From the IMG/VR virus record IMGVR_UViG_3300045988_159773: DNA of 64,000 bases; one strand, 5' to 3'. A program made the position numbers and the translations under genes. Below, one piece after another: positions 24,927 to 34,466 of the stretch (positions within the stretch are counted from its first letter, which is position 1; each line of letters opens with the position of its first letter). The notes beneath the pieces were generated by a model, which was not told where the DNA came from, made no database searches, and worked only from the letters and a program-made list of their open reading frames with translations. Origin of the DNA: a virus.

Positions 24927-25452
24927 ACAGGTCCCTCCCGACTTTATCTAGTATAGAATTTAACTTGGAAGTATTGGGAATAAGATTTCCATCTTTATCA
25001 AGTTTTGGCGAACCCGACTTGTCGACCTGTATAAGACCCAGCACCAGACAAACCTCTTTCTTGTTCATCCCTTCGCATATGCACTTGATTACGTCGTTCA
25101 CCAGCGGGTCGGCGTTGCTGTATAAATCGAAAAAACACCCGTCCACAGGTGGCTGGATGTTTTTATCTGGGTCATCGAGAGAATCCGTCAATGCGGCATT
25201 CTTCGCATACTTCTTGTCTGAATACGTGCCGAAAAGAGCCGCCCAGATGTAGCTAGCCGCATACGTGCTGAACTTTGCTCCAAATTCGGGTGAGTAAAAG
25301 CGGGCTGCATTGATTAAGCCGAGCATTCCCTCCTGAATTAAATCTTCGTCATATATTCCTCTTTTATGTACCTGGGCGTAAACAAGCCCGACATTGTCCT
25401 CAACCAATTTTCTTTGAGCATCGTTGAGAGATGCGTTACCAATATTCGCCAT
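24892..25452 (-). CDS. Sigma-70-family RNA polymerase sigma factor
   Basis: DLIQEGMLGLINAARFYSPEFGAKFSTYAASYIWAAL matches sigma region 2. The ATG at 25452 has no SD and lies 6 nt after the -10 TATGCT. Confidence 0.8.
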   Translation of the reverse strand: MANIGNASLNDAQRKLVEDNVGLVYAQVHKRGIYDEDLIQEGMLGLINAARFYSPEFGAKFSTYAASYIWAALFGTYSDKKYAKNAALTDSLDDPDKNIQPPVDGCFFDLYSNADPLVNDVIKCICEGMNKKEVCLVLGLIQVDKSGSPKLDKDGNLIPNTSKLNSILDKVGRDLYGERYVKKENK

Positions 25453-25458
25453 GTACAT

Positions 25459-25487
25459 AGCATAGCACAAACGAAAAAATTTGGCAA
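25459..25487 (-). promoter_or_regulatory. Early promoter TTGCCA-17-TGcTATGCT (extended -10) for the sigma factor gene; likely a leaderless transcript
   Basis: Hexamers read directly from the sequence. Near-identical to the promoter at 11053..11081. Confidence 0.6.
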
Positions 25488-25526
25488 GCGTTTAAGAGGG
25501 GATATTTTACAAAAGATTATTTTATT

Positions 25527-26051
25527 TCAGCAATCTACGAAACAGTCCTTGAAAACCTTTTTCAGTTCGTGGTACAGACATTCATAGGTGAAATTTTGGT
25601 TGGTGAACGCGCCAGTGTTCAGTGCATTTATAGACCAGTCCGAAAGCGGCGTTTTCCACTCTTTCTTGAACCCGCACTCTTCGAGCAGTTTTTGAGTAGA
25701 GAGCCTCGGCATCGGTTCTGGCTTGTCCCAGTAGTTTCCTACGGTATCCGCGTCGATGATAAACTGCTCTGCGTCATCCATCATCTTCTTGACGTGCACA
25801 GGAATATCCGCCTCAGACTTTATCTCGCGTTTGAGAGCCGCCATCTCTTTGGCGATTTCCTCGTCCATTTGCCTCTTTCTCTGCGTGCACTCTTCGAGGA
25901 ACGCACGAACCGCCGCCTGACGATAGAAATACTCGTCCCTGTCCTTTTCAGACTTGAACTCGTAATAATAAACAGTCACACCAGTAGGACGGAACTCCGT
26001 CAACTCGCGAATGACTTTCAGATATTTTCCTTCAACGCTCTTTAACGCCAT
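25527..26051 (-). CDS. Hypothetical protein
   Basis: 174-aa ORF, the last gene of the virion-module transcription run. Confidence 0.55.
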   Translation of the reverse strand: MALKSVEGKYLKVIRELTEFRPTGVTVYYYEFKSEKDRDEYFYRQAAVRAFLEECTQRKRQMDEEIAKEMAALKREIKSEADIPVHVKKMMDDAEQFIIDADTVGNYWDKPEPMPRLSTQKLLEECGFKKEWKTPLSDWSINALNTGAFTNQNFTYECLYHELKKVFKDCFVDC

Positions 26052-26061
26052 AACCTATCTC

Positions 26062-27273
26062 CTACCAAAAGAATTTGACACAACCGCCCGCGCCAGACTT
26101 TCCTGATACCCAAGCGTCGCCTCCAGTAAAGATTCTCCAACTCGTCTTGGTCGGTGTTCCACCACCGCCGCCCGCTCCGTACGCTGTGCTTCCCGCTGCC
26201 GAGTTTCCTGCACCTCCAACACCGAACATCGAGCCAGCACCACCGCCGCCACCTGCGCCAGTGTACCCCGTAGTTTCGTTGTTCGAGTTTGAACCGCCAG
26301 AGCCTCCGCTCTTTCCCACTATGGTATTTCCAGAGTTGGCATTGTTGATGTATACGGAAGTGCTCGACTTGCTTCCGCCAGAACTCGATGCGTACCTGTC
26401 AGAAACAGACGTAGTAATAGAGCCGTAATTGTATCCGCCCTTTCCACCAGTCGCACCCGAAATAGTGGATATCGTGCTGCCAGTAGAGGTCGTGAATGTT
26501 ACATTCTTCCACTCGGGTCTCGATGACAGAGAGTAAACCGTCACACCGCCGCCCGAACCACCATTTCCCTGATTATGGCTACCGTCCCACGGGTATGGTG
26601 TTCCAGACACGCTGCCTCCCGAACCACCCGCGCTCGCTGTTGCGAATAGAACGTTGCTCTTATCGCGCAGAGAAGTACCAGAACTTGTAACCTGGAAGTA
26701 TCCAACTAAGGTTGGGGTGGTTGCGTCATGCGGCATCCTCAACTGAAAGAATGCAGTGCCGCCAGAGCCACCGCCATTGCCACCTACGTGCTGCCAAACC
26801 TGAATGCCAACGATATATCCGTTGCCGCGAGCCAGACCGCTCGAACCAGAACCCCCAGCCCCTTGAATTGCAATGAGGATTACGGGCGGGCAATCAGAGC
26901 TCACTCGATACCCAGAACTCGTCCCGCCGATGTACAGCTCCCCTCGTCCGTTGTATCCGTTTCCCTTGTAATAAATCGCCGTCACGCTCGAATCCGTTCG
27001 AGTAACCCTGTCCGTCGCACCCGACATTATGAAACGATTCACGCCAGCGAACACACTCGCTCTGAGAATGTCAGAATCACCCGCTTGATAACCGCCGACG
27101 TCCATATCACTAAATGGCATGAAATTGGCGTTCTTAGGTACAAAGCGCATAGCCGTGCCACCTGTCTTAAAGTGGCTGTTCATGACGGACGTGGAAAAGT
27201 TTCCGTACGAGGATGCCGTACCGAAACCATACACAATATTCGTCAGATTTGAACCGTTCGACTTATACGCCAT
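26062..27273 (-). CDS. Glycine-rich tail fibre / receptor-binding-type protein
   Basis: Multiple GGSGG/GGGGG tracts (GGNGGGSGG, GNGGSGGG, GAGGGGGAG, GAGGGGG). TAATG coupling to the upstream fibre gene. Confidence 0.6.
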   Translation of the reverse strand: MAYKSNGSNLTNIVYGFGTASSYGNFSTSVMNSHFKTGGTAMRFVPKNANFMPFSDMDVGGYQAGDSDILRASVFAGVNRFIMSGATDRVTRTDSSVTAIYYKGNGYNGRGELYIGGTSSGYRVSSDCPPVILIAIQGAGGSGSSGLARGNGYIVGIQVWQHVGGNGGGSGGTAFFQLRMPHDATTPTLVGYFQVTSSGTSLRDKSNVLFATASAGGSGGSVSGTPYPWDGSHNQGNGGSGGGVTVYSLSSRPEWKNVTFTTSTGSTISTISGATGGKGGYNYGSITTSVSDRYASSSGGSKSSTSVYINNANSGNTIVGKSGGSGGSNSNNETTGYTGAGGGGGAGSMFGVGGAGNSAAGSTAYGAGGGGGTPTKTSWRIFTGGDAWVSGKSGAGGCVKFFW

Positions 27274-28409
27274 TATTTTGCCTCCGCCACTTTCTCCAAA
27301 GCCTCAACGCGCTCCGTGAGTTTCTTGATGGTTTCGGCTTGCTGCTGAACGTAGTCCCACAGCACATAAACCATCTTGTCTCCGTGCACTTTGAGCATTC
27401 CCGTGTCGGCGTCCTCTTCCACCAGCAGGTCTCCGATGACCGTATTCGCGTCCTGGACGTCCTGCGCAATCACACCGATTAAGGTGCGCTTAGGGTCGTT
27501 CTTGTAATTGAACGTCTTTACCTTTACACCTTCAACCAGCGCACGCACCTGGTGCTTACCAACGTCCTCGATGTTTTCCTTCAAGCGGCGGTCGGACGGC
27601 ACGTTGAAGTCCGTCGCATTAATTTGAGAGCCGTTCGACATATACACAGATGCGCTGTTGTAAAACGGCTTGTTGGTATTCGCCGCCGTACTCGTCGTGC
27701 CACACAAATAAAGGTTTGCCGTAGAAGTCGTTGTCTTTAGGTTTGCGGCGTTTGTCGAGTCGTCTGCGTTTGCGGCGTTCGTAACCTTTGTCGAATTGAT
27801 TCCGATGACGAAACCACGATTGCCAGACGAGTTGGTCTGGCTGAGAGTGACCGTAATGCCGTTGTTGGTAGCCGACCCAGTGTTGACCAAGTCCGAACCG
27901 AGTTTTGCTTTGGTCACCGCATTCGTATTTATCTTATTCGTCGTCACCGCCAGAGCCGCAATCTTTGCAGTCGTAACCGCCAAGTCGTTGATGGTTCTGG
28001 TCGTGACCTCACTGTCCGCAAGGAAATTTGTCGAGTCAAAAATATTCGACAGCGCACCAATATGCGCCTCAAGGTTTGCCTCTCCCGTAATAAGGTCAGT
28101 GCCTATCGGAGCAGTTGCCGAACCGCCGTACGGTGTGCTTTGACCAGTACGTGTAAGGCTGTTCCTGTACGCCAGAATGTTGGCGAACAGCGATGACATC
28201 GTAGAACACTGCCTAAGAATCGTGTTGTAATCAACCGACCGCGCAATGCCTTCCACGACACCCTGAACCCTGGTAGCGTTTGTAGGCTTTAACCAGTCTT
28301 TGTCGGAAAAGTACACGCCAGCCGATGGCGCAGACACAGGGTCAGTCCACGCGACCGCTACCGCGCTGCTTCCGAACACTGGGATATTTACGTTCTCATA
28401 ATATTTCAT
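27273..28409 (-). CDS. Tail fibre with a C-terminal intramolecular chaperone (peptidase S74-type) domain
   Basis: SDRRLKENIEDV...FNYKNDPKRTLIGVIAQDVQ is typical of S74 autoproteolytic chaperone domains. Start MKYYENV at 28409 follows GAGGAG. Confidence 0.7.
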   Translation of the reverse strand: MKYYENVNIPVFGSSAVAVAWTDPVSAPSAGVYFSDKDWLKPTNATRVQGVVEGIARSVDYNTILRQCSTMSSLFANILAYRNSLTRTGQSTPYGGSATAPIGTDLITGEANLEAHIGALSNIFDSTNFLADSEVTTRTINDLAVTTAKIAALAVTTNKINTNAVTKAKLGSDLVNTGSATNNGITVTLSQTNSSGNRGFVIGINSTKVTNAANADDSTNAANLKTTTSTANLYLCGTTSTAANTNKPFYNSASVYMSNGSQINATDFNVPSDRRLKENIEDVGKHQVRALVEGVKVKTFNYKNDPKRTLIGVIAQDVQDANTVIGDLLVEEDADTGMLKVHGDKMVYVLWDYVQQQAETIKKLTERVEALEKVAEAK

Positions 28410-28425
28410 GATAGACTCCTCATAG

Positions 28426-29160
28426 TTAAGATAACGACTTTCTGCGCACCCACGCAATACGTTGCGCCTCTGATTTTCTCTTTCTAGTCTCCTCAGTATC
28501 AGAATGACCTTTAAGAGATTCACTCAACACCTTCCGATGCCCAGATGACATAGGTAGCATACCAGCCACCCAACCATCTGACAATAAGGCGTCAAAATCT
28601 TCTTGCGTCACCTGCCGCTGCTCTGTTCCATTGTTGCACCAACGCCGACCACAAATTGAATCTCTTAGCCTTTTCTTTGTATCAGTGGAAACACACCGTC
28701 CGAGCAAACTTTTACTTATTTTATCGCAGGTAGATTTTAACTTTCCTACGCAATACCCCGCATCCAAATAGTCCCCAAGAACATCCCTTGCGACTCTACG
28801 CTGCTCTGTTCCATTGTTTACAAAAATTCCGCCTCGAGTAAAATCTCCTATTCTCTTCTTGTCTTCATCAGACCAAGAAAAACCAAAAGCACCCTCTCCT
28901 CCAATAGCTAGGTTATACCCCACTTCCCTGTCACGCGAGTTTAACTCTGCGATATAAAACCTTTCCTTATCATTCAACTCGTCACGAGAATCTACAAACT
29001 CCAAAACCGAAACAGAAAAAGAACCCACACCAAACTCTTTAATCGCTTTACGTATTAAAGTCCCGCTTCCAAAATAGGTGGGGTCAAACTCTCCCTTATG
29101 TTGACCTACATAAATAAGTCCATTTTTAGAGTTTTTAGTCAAGTAAACGTATCCGTACAT
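28426..29160 (-). CDS. GIY-YIG homing endonuclease
   Basis: YGYVYLTKNSKNGLIYVGQH...YFGSG..IRKAIKEFG plus two NNGTEQR(R/Q)V repeats. It is inserted between baseplate and fibre genes. AT-richer than the flanks by eye. Confidence 0.8.
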   Translation of the reverse strand: MYGYVYLTKNSKNGLIYVGQHKGEFDPTYFGSGTLIRKAIKEFGVGSFSVSVLEFVDSRDELNDKERFYIAELNSRDREVGYNLAIGGEGAFGFSWSDEDKKRIGDFTRGGIFVNNGTEQRRVARDVLGDYLDAGYCVGKLKSTCDKISKSLLGRCVSTDTKKRLRDSICGRRWCNNGTEQRQVTQEDFDALLSDGWVAGMLPMSSGHRKVLSESLKGHSDTEETRKRKSEAQRIAWVRRKSLS

Positions 29161-29660
29161 CAATCAGAACTCCCATCTTTTGAGTAAAATGCTATGATTG
29201 ACTGCCTCAATGACCCAGAATCAATCATCGTCTTGGCTTCCTCGCCACGCGCTTGCGCTTTCAAAACCCTGATAGACGGCTTCCACAACTGCTGACCCTC
29301 GCGAACCATAAACATCTGAGTCCAGCCCTGAATGCGCAGAGCCAACTTCTCAAAGTAGATGTCGATGTCCTTCTCTTCACCACCGAAAATAATCGGGAGC
29401 GCGTTGTACAACGCTTCTTTGAGTTCGTTCTGGTGCAGTTTCAGCACCGAACTCAATAAGGGTCGTGGTACAATGTTACGCGCGGGCGAACCATTTTCCA
29501 GCACGAACAGAATATCCGCATTGGTAAATTCTGTTCGTGCTTTCGTCTTCTTTCCCTTGACAAGCTGCGACTTCGACTTTGGAACGCCGAGATAAATGCA
29601 CCCTTTGAACGGCACACTCAATTTCGGCGGTTGGGTGATTTTTACGTTGATAAAGCTCAT
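29160..29660 (-). CDS. Hypothetical virion-module protein
   Basis: Start MSFINV at 29660, with an ATGA overlap. Confidence 0.5.
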   Translation of the reverse strand: MSFINVKITQPPKLSVPFKGCIYLGVPKSKSQLVKGKKTKARTEFTNADILFVLENGSPARNIVPRPLLSSVLKLHQNELKEALYNALPIIFGGEEKDIDIYFEKLALRIQGWTQMFMVREGQQLWKPSIRVLKAQARGEEAKTMIDSGSLRQSIIAFYSKDGSSD

Positions 29661-30550
29661 TGATTTCCCCACCTTGTAATCGAGATGAACGAGCCATTGT
29701 CAAAGCCTCTGATGAAGTAGCCCCGACTTACAGTGCCGACAACGTCAACCGTCATGCCAGAACCTGAGCCGCCTGTGACCGCAACTCCGCTCGCCGTCGG
29801 GTCAGTTGCATACGTGTTCGATGGATTGAGCAACGACAGGAACGCACCAGCCTCTAAATCAGTGATTTGCAACTGAATGCCGCCAGCAGTCGAAAGCGTA
29901 TCTCCAACCTTATATCCAGTGCCGACATTACGTATGGTAACGCTTGCAACCGAGTAAGGGTTGGTGTCAATCGGAACGGTGTTAACGTGGTCTGGTCCAA
30001 TACGGATACCCGCTTTTTCATCGATGTCATATCCGAACACTTCCTGACCGAATTGCAGATAATAAAGGCTCGCATTGACTCCCGTAACGTTCGGCACGAG
30101 GACGTCACGCACAATCTCAATCGTGAGGTTGTGGTCCATCGACAGCACCGAGTACACGACCGACATCGGTGCCTTGTTCACCTTCGCAACCGAGAAGTCG
30201 ATAACCACCATCGAACTCACGTCACGCAGAGGGTCACCAGTGATAAAGTCCGCCGCCTTTCCTGTAAATGAAATGTTAAAAGTCTTAGCGCGATACGCTA
30301 AGAACAGCCGCTCATAATACGAGGTCCAATCTGGTTTGCCGTCTACGAAAGGCAACTCCACCTCGACTTTGAGCTGATTCGCCAGAGCCTGGATTACAAA
30401 CGTCAGCTTATCAATCGCTAAGAACGAGTTCTTAAACAGCGACATCTCCAACGCGCCAGAGATGATGTAGGCGTTGACCAGCTCAAGAAACTTTGAGTAT
30501 TTTGGCGTCTCCTTGATGTAAGACGGAAGTGCATCATATGGATTATTCAT
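29657..30550 (-). CDS. Putative baseplate wedge/peripheral protein
   Basis: Assigned by its position downstream of the baseplate J-like gene. RBS GGGAGGA. Confidence 0.45.
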   Translation of the reverse strand: MNNPYDALPSYIKETPKYSKFLELVNAYIISGALEMSLFKNSFLAIDKLTFVIQALANQLKVEVELPFVDGKPDWTSYYERLFLAYRAKTFNISFTGKAADFITGDPLRDVSSMVVIDFSVAKVNKAPMSVVYSVLSMDHNLTIEIVRDVLVPNVTGVNASLYYLQFGQEVFGYDIDEKAGIRIGPDHVNTVPIDTNPYSVASVTIRNVGTGYKVGDTLSTAGGIQLQITDLEAGAFLSLLNPSNTYATDPTASGVAVTGGSGSGMTVDVVGTVSRGYFIRGFDNGSFISITRWGNQ

Positions 30551-30845
30551 ATAAAATCCTCCCGTATACAGTCTCAGCGGTGAACGTGCACTTGTACACC
30601 TTGTTCACCATTGACGAGCTAAACGTCGTTATGCCCGTCACCCCGTTCGTACCTAAAATCACCTTTTGGACATTCAAATCCGTCTCATCTTTCGTAGCTC
30701 CAAGCGGCAAACCGAACAGCACATTCGATTTATACTCCCCCTTTATAATAGAGAGTCTTGCCGTCAGATTTGCTTGTATGGCGTAGACATCCTCAACCAA
30801 CCTGTCTGGATAAATATCGCCGTCTTTCATTTCAAATGATTTCAC
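30543..30845 (-). CDS. Small baseplate-associated protein (XkdS/DUF2634-like size and context)
   Basis: 100 aa with a GTG start. The call rests on context only. Confidence 0.4.
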   Translation of the reverse strand: MKSFEMKDGDIYPDRLVEDVYAIQANLTARLSIIKGEYKSNVLFGLPLGATKDETDLNVQKVILGTNGVTGITTFSSSMVNKVYKCTFTAETVYGRILYE

Positions 30846-30856
30846 GCGCCGCCCCC

Positions 30857-32233
30857 TTACTCGTCAGAGAACTTGACCGTCGCAGTCCCGCCGATTGCTT
30901 TCTGATAAATCAGTATCTTTGTTCCAATGGAATAAGACGGTGTGCTGGATACGAAGTCGAACAGACCCGCATCATACTGCGACAGCACGCCCTGAATTGC
31001 ATTGACCGTATCCACAAGTGTAATTGGCTCGCCTGGTTGCAAGCCCGCCACATATTCCTGCAAAGCGAACGACACCCGCTCACGCACAGTGTTCCTCAAC
31101 GTTCCGTCCGTGTTCGTTGGCGGCGTATACAGAGTGATTGCAAACGTCACCGTATTGTCCACCAACCGCGTGAACGGAATTTGAGCGATGATGGTCTCGA
31201 CAGGAATCTCAACCATAAAATTGCCTGTCTTGTACGTCACCCCGTCAATCACCACCGTGCCATTGACCACCTGCGGCGAGGTCGAAACCGCGCAACCGAG
31301 CGACTTATAGTTGAGGATGGTCTGCGCGATGGTTACGTCGCTTGCGTCAGTAGAAACCGTCGCGTCCGTTCCGTCGTAGTTCGGCGCAGTAGAGCCTCCT
31401 CCTACAATGCACCAGACAGAATGAGGGTCGATGCCGTACGGATTCTCGTCGGACACGCTTGCCGAGTTGGTAAAGTTCTCAATGATGCGAACGTAGTCCG
31501 TCAACTTCAAAAGATTCGAACGCAAGCCATCCACCGTAGCCGCCGCATTGGAATACACCGCCGCGTCATACCGTGCACGCATCTGCGCGTCCGTTTCCGT
31601 TTCGAGTACTGCAGGGGTCGCATTGACCTTGTTGATGAACTCGAAGTGGTTTATAAACATCGGGTCGGACGGCGAAACCGCCTTCATCGGTGTCATTGCT
31701 GGGTAGTTGTTTGCATACAACAGGTCAGCGTCGTAACCCGCCAGCGGCATCAATCCGAACTCGCAAGTGCCTTGAAAGTTCTCCTCGGTGTCAAACGACC
31801 CGTCTGGCGAGAACTTGTATTCCTGAATCATTAGCTGCGTGGTGTTTACCCATACACGCCCCTTATTGTCCTCAACAAAGATAGAGTTGCGGGATGCCAA
31901 AAACGGCTTGATGACTGTCGAGTCAACCGTGCAGGTCATTTGAACTCTCTGGTTGCGAATCGACTTACGGACGATACCGCGCTGCCCCGCTACAAAGTCC
32001 AAAAAGTTCCCAGAGAGCTCCTTGGTCGAGAAAAGCTCCGAGAACGCCTGAGTAGAGCCGTTGACAGTGGAAAGCCCATCCGCCAGCATCTGCAAAAATA
32101 CGTTGAATGGCGTACCCTCATCAAGAGAGATGTCATTGCCATACGCCGCGCGAGCAAAGATTGCAAGCTGCTCATATATTTCCTGGCGAGTTGCAATCTT
32201 CAAGCCAGTATCTGTCAATTTGATAAAATCCAC
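30857..32233 (-). CDS. Baseplate J-like protein
   Basis: N-terminal pattern ...RQEIYEQLAIFARAAYGNDISLDEGTPFNVFLQMLADGL...GNFLDFVAGQRGIVRK is typical of the gpJ/gp6 family. GTG start follows AGGAGG. Confidence 0.65.
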   Translation of the reverse strand: MDFIKLTDTGLKIATRQEIYEQLAIFARAAYGNDISLDEGTPFNVFLQMLADGLSTVNGSTQAFSELFSTKELSGNFLDFVAGQRGIVRKSIRNQRVQMTCTVDSTVIKPFLASRNSIFVEDNKGRVWVNTTQLMIQEYKFSPDGSFDTEENFQGTCEFGLMPLAGYDADLLYANNYPAMTPMKAVSPSDPMFINHFEFINKVNATPAVLETETDAQMRARYDAAVYSNAAATVDGLRSNLLKLTDYVRIIENFTNSASVSDENPYGIDPHSVWCIVGGGSTAPNYDGTDATVSTDASDVTIAQTILNYKSLGCAVSTSPQVVNGTVVIDGVTYKTGNFMVEIPVETIIAQIPFTRLVDNTVTFAITLYTPPTNTDGTLRNTVRERVSFALQEYVAGLQPGEPITLVDTVNAIQGVLSQYDAGLFDFVSSTPSYSIGTKILIYQKAIGGTATVKFSDE

Positions 32234-32243
32234 TGTTCGCCTC

Positions 32244-32792
32244 CTACTTCTTCAGCATTCTGCCGAGTTCTTCCACTGCTGCGTCCGAAGTCTTAAACCC
32301 GCCGAACACCGTTCCGAAGTCGCCTGTTTCCTCGTCGTAACCGCAAGAAATGGCGTAGTCTTTCATACCCTTGCGGTGAATTACCGCGTACTTGCGTCCC
32401 GCCTTATCAGAGTCCGCCACAACCATATCGTAATCGTCCGAAATAAGGTTTGCATAGGTCTCGGTAGCCGCCGAGTCTCTTTGCGGCAGTTTCCGTCCCA
32501 TCCACGACAACAGACTCGAACCAGCGTGCAAGAGGTTGCCGCCAGTCACCGCAATCAATTTGAGTGCCGTCTGCAACGCCTGAGGTGTCTTCGCCGACTG
32601 CAAAAGTTTCTTCTGCTCAGCGATTGCCAGTGCCGCATTTGCCAGTGCGCCGCCAATAGAGTCATTGACGTCTTTCATCGCCGAGTCAAAGTCCCCGTCG
32701 TAAACTTCGAGATAGTTCTCCCAGCTAAACTTATCTTCGGCGTCCTCAATGATTTGGTCTAGCAACGCCTTTTCAGAATCGGATAATTTCAT
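32244..32792 (-). CDS. Hypothetical virion-module protein
   Basis: 182 aa, preceded by GTTATATTATTCAGAGGTG. Confidence 0.5.
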   Translation of the reverse strand: MKLSDSEKALLDQIIEDAEDKFSWENYLEVYDGDFDSAMKDVNDSIGGALANAALAIAEQKKLLQSAKTPQALQTALKLIAVTGGNLLHAGSSLLSWMGRKLPQRDSAATETYANLISDDYDMVVADSDKAGRKYAVIHRKGMKDYAISCGYDEETGDFGTVFGGFKTSDAAVEELGRMLKK

Positions 32793-32816
32793 AATTCACC
32801 TCTGAATAATATAACC

Positions 32817-33815
32817 TCACTTGTAGTACGCCGAACTCGTGCCAGCCATAACTGCTACATACGAGGTCTTGCACGCGCCAACGTGAGAGTCAAACTGCGT
32901 GGTCATCTTCACCACTCGGTACAGCCCAGCAGGGTCATACGATGCCCCGAACTGGTTTGACGGAACGAACCCGTCCCTGTTGTCAATGATTGCCGAGTTC
33001 GGTAACCACACATATGAGTATAAGACTATCTTCGGGTTGATTAAGGTCTCAAACCTCATTCCCTCGGTGTCAATGCAAGGATACCCTATAAGACCAGAGC
33101 GAGCCACCACCTTACCGTCTTCGGTGTACTCGCCTAGAATTACCACGTCGAGGTCTGCCGAGGTCGGGCGCATAGGCACGAACACAATCCCCATCGGCGT
33201 GGTCGAAATCATATACTCAACTTTGCTCAGAATAGAGTTCACGCAATCCAGCGTCTTGCCGTAGAACGAAATCGGCGAGTCGATGTAGTGCTCTTTCAAG
33301 GCTTCGGGTATTTGGTAATCCATCCCCTGCACTGTCGAGTTCTCGAACAGTCCCTCCACCACATCGTACACCGACGTCCCAGCATCGAACTGAGCAGTCG
33401 ACACCGCCGACGTGAAAAAGTTCTGAATTTGATACGCGTAAATCTTCGTGATTGTCGTCATCGCGTCCTGACGAGTTGTAAACGCACGCGCAATCGTGCC
33501 GACAAAAATAACGCTGGTCTTTCCCTCGTTCTCATCCTGATAGCCGAACGAAATACGAATGAACTTCGGGTCGTCGACCAGCACGTCCTCCCCAGTGTTT
33601 TCGTCTACCATCGTCTTCTTTAACGCGAAAATAGGCGCGGCGATTGTCGCTGGGATGTTATACACTTGAATTGTTGCGCGTGGCGAACCAGACGAGGACG
33701 GCAGATACTCAATCGTGCCAGAGCATTGCAACTTAGTCTCCTGCTCGGGGTCGACTAAGAACACCGAGTCCCCGTATCTATCGAACACCTCAATCGACAA
33801 AATGCGTCCGAACAT
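32817..33815 (-). CDS. Putative baseplate hub protein
   Basis: 332 aa. The call rests on size and on its position between the small plug/spike-like proteins and the J-like protein. Confidence 0.45.
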   Translation of the reverse strand: MFGRILSIEVFDRYGDSVFLVDPEQETKLQCSGTIEYLPSSSGSPRATIQVYNIPATIAAPIFALKKTMVDENTGEDVLVDDPKFIRISFGYQDENEGKTSVIFVGTIARAFTTRQDAMTTITKIYAYQIQNFFTSAVSTAQFDAGTSVYDVVEGLFENSTVQGMDYQIPEALKEHYIDSPISFYGKTLDCVNSILSKVEYMISTTPMGIVFVPMRPTSADLDVVILGEYTEDGKVVARSGLIGYPCIDTEGMRFETLINPKIVLYSYVWLPNSAIIDNRDGFVPSNQFGASYDPAGLYRVVKMTTQFDSHVGACKTSYVAVMAGTSSAYYK

Positions 33816-34120
33816 TATTCCTCATCCTCCACCCAGATTTGAAAATCCTTGATAGTCTTGGAAGTGGGGTTGAACGCATACAGCTCTGGCTTGGTCGGGC
33901 AGAACCACAATTTGAACCAGCTGAACTGTGAAAGCATATTCGTCCCAGTAGAAACCGTTATTCCAGACAGCAAAAGTTTCATACCCATCAACCGAATAAG
34001 GTTGAAGTAGTATGAATCGCTGAACGCGTTGTAACGAATTTCAAGTCGATAAGATGTTCCATTCGCACTGAAATCTACGTTGAACGCCGTATTCGTTTTT
34101 ATGGTGATTATTTTCGTCAT
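33815..34120 (-). CDS. Small baseplate/plug-like protein
   Basis: 101 aa with RBS AGGAGAAG. The call rests on context only. Confidence 0.4.
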   Translation of the reverse strand: MTKIITIKTNTAFNVDFSANGTSYRLEIRYNAFSDSYYFNLIRLMGMKLLLSGITVSTGTNMLSQFSWFKLWFCPTKPELYAFNPTSKTIKDFQIWVEDEE

Positions 34121-34128
34121 TGCTTCTC

Positions 34129-34458
34129 CTACAACACCAGCGGCAAGAACACCCCGAACCCAATCTCGTGTGCAGGTCCGCCAGAGGGCTGGATATCCTG
34201 TCCGATTTGGTTACGTCTGTCAAGGTGCAGAACGACACCGACCGCCCCAGCCTTTGGCATCGACTCTCCAACGACATACATATTCTTCACCACAGGCGGC
34301 ACAACGCTCACTCCGTCCACCGAGTCCGCGATAGTAAGCTGCACATCCACTTGCTTGTCGTGAACCGCCACGACAATAGCCTGAGAGCAAACTCTCAGGT
34401 CGCGGAATATTTCGCTTTTCAGGTCTCCCATGACCTGGTTCATATCTTCATTTATCAT
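34129..34458 (-). CDS. Small baseplate/spike-like protein
   Basis: 109 aa with RBS GTGAGGTG. The call rests on context only. Confidence 0.4.
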   Translation of the reverse strand: MINEDMNQVMGDLKSEIFRDLRVCSQAIVVAVHDKQVDVQLTIADSVDGVSVVPPVVKNMYVVGESMPKAGAVGVVLHLDRRNQIGQDIQPSGGPAHEIGFGVFLPLVL

Positions 34459-34466
34459 TATTCACC

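Noticed and set aside
26075-26428. Proline-rich plus-strand ORF (PPPPPAP...) opposite the tail fibre gene
   Set aside because: It is the mirror image of the GGN-rich codons of the glycine-rich fibre (GGx read as xCC), so it is a compositional artefact.
30758-31834. Long plus-strand ORFs in the track: 611..1255, 951..1844, 16330..17097, 30758..31834, 40092..40967, 42012..42815, 43065..43982 and 51630..52400
   Set aside because: All lie antisense to well-supported minus-strand genes. Their translations are R/H/V/L-rich with no recognisable motifs, they lack RBS or promoter signals, and they typically begin with non-ATG starts. I treat them as shadow ORFs. The only plus-strand ORF I kept is 58819..59649.
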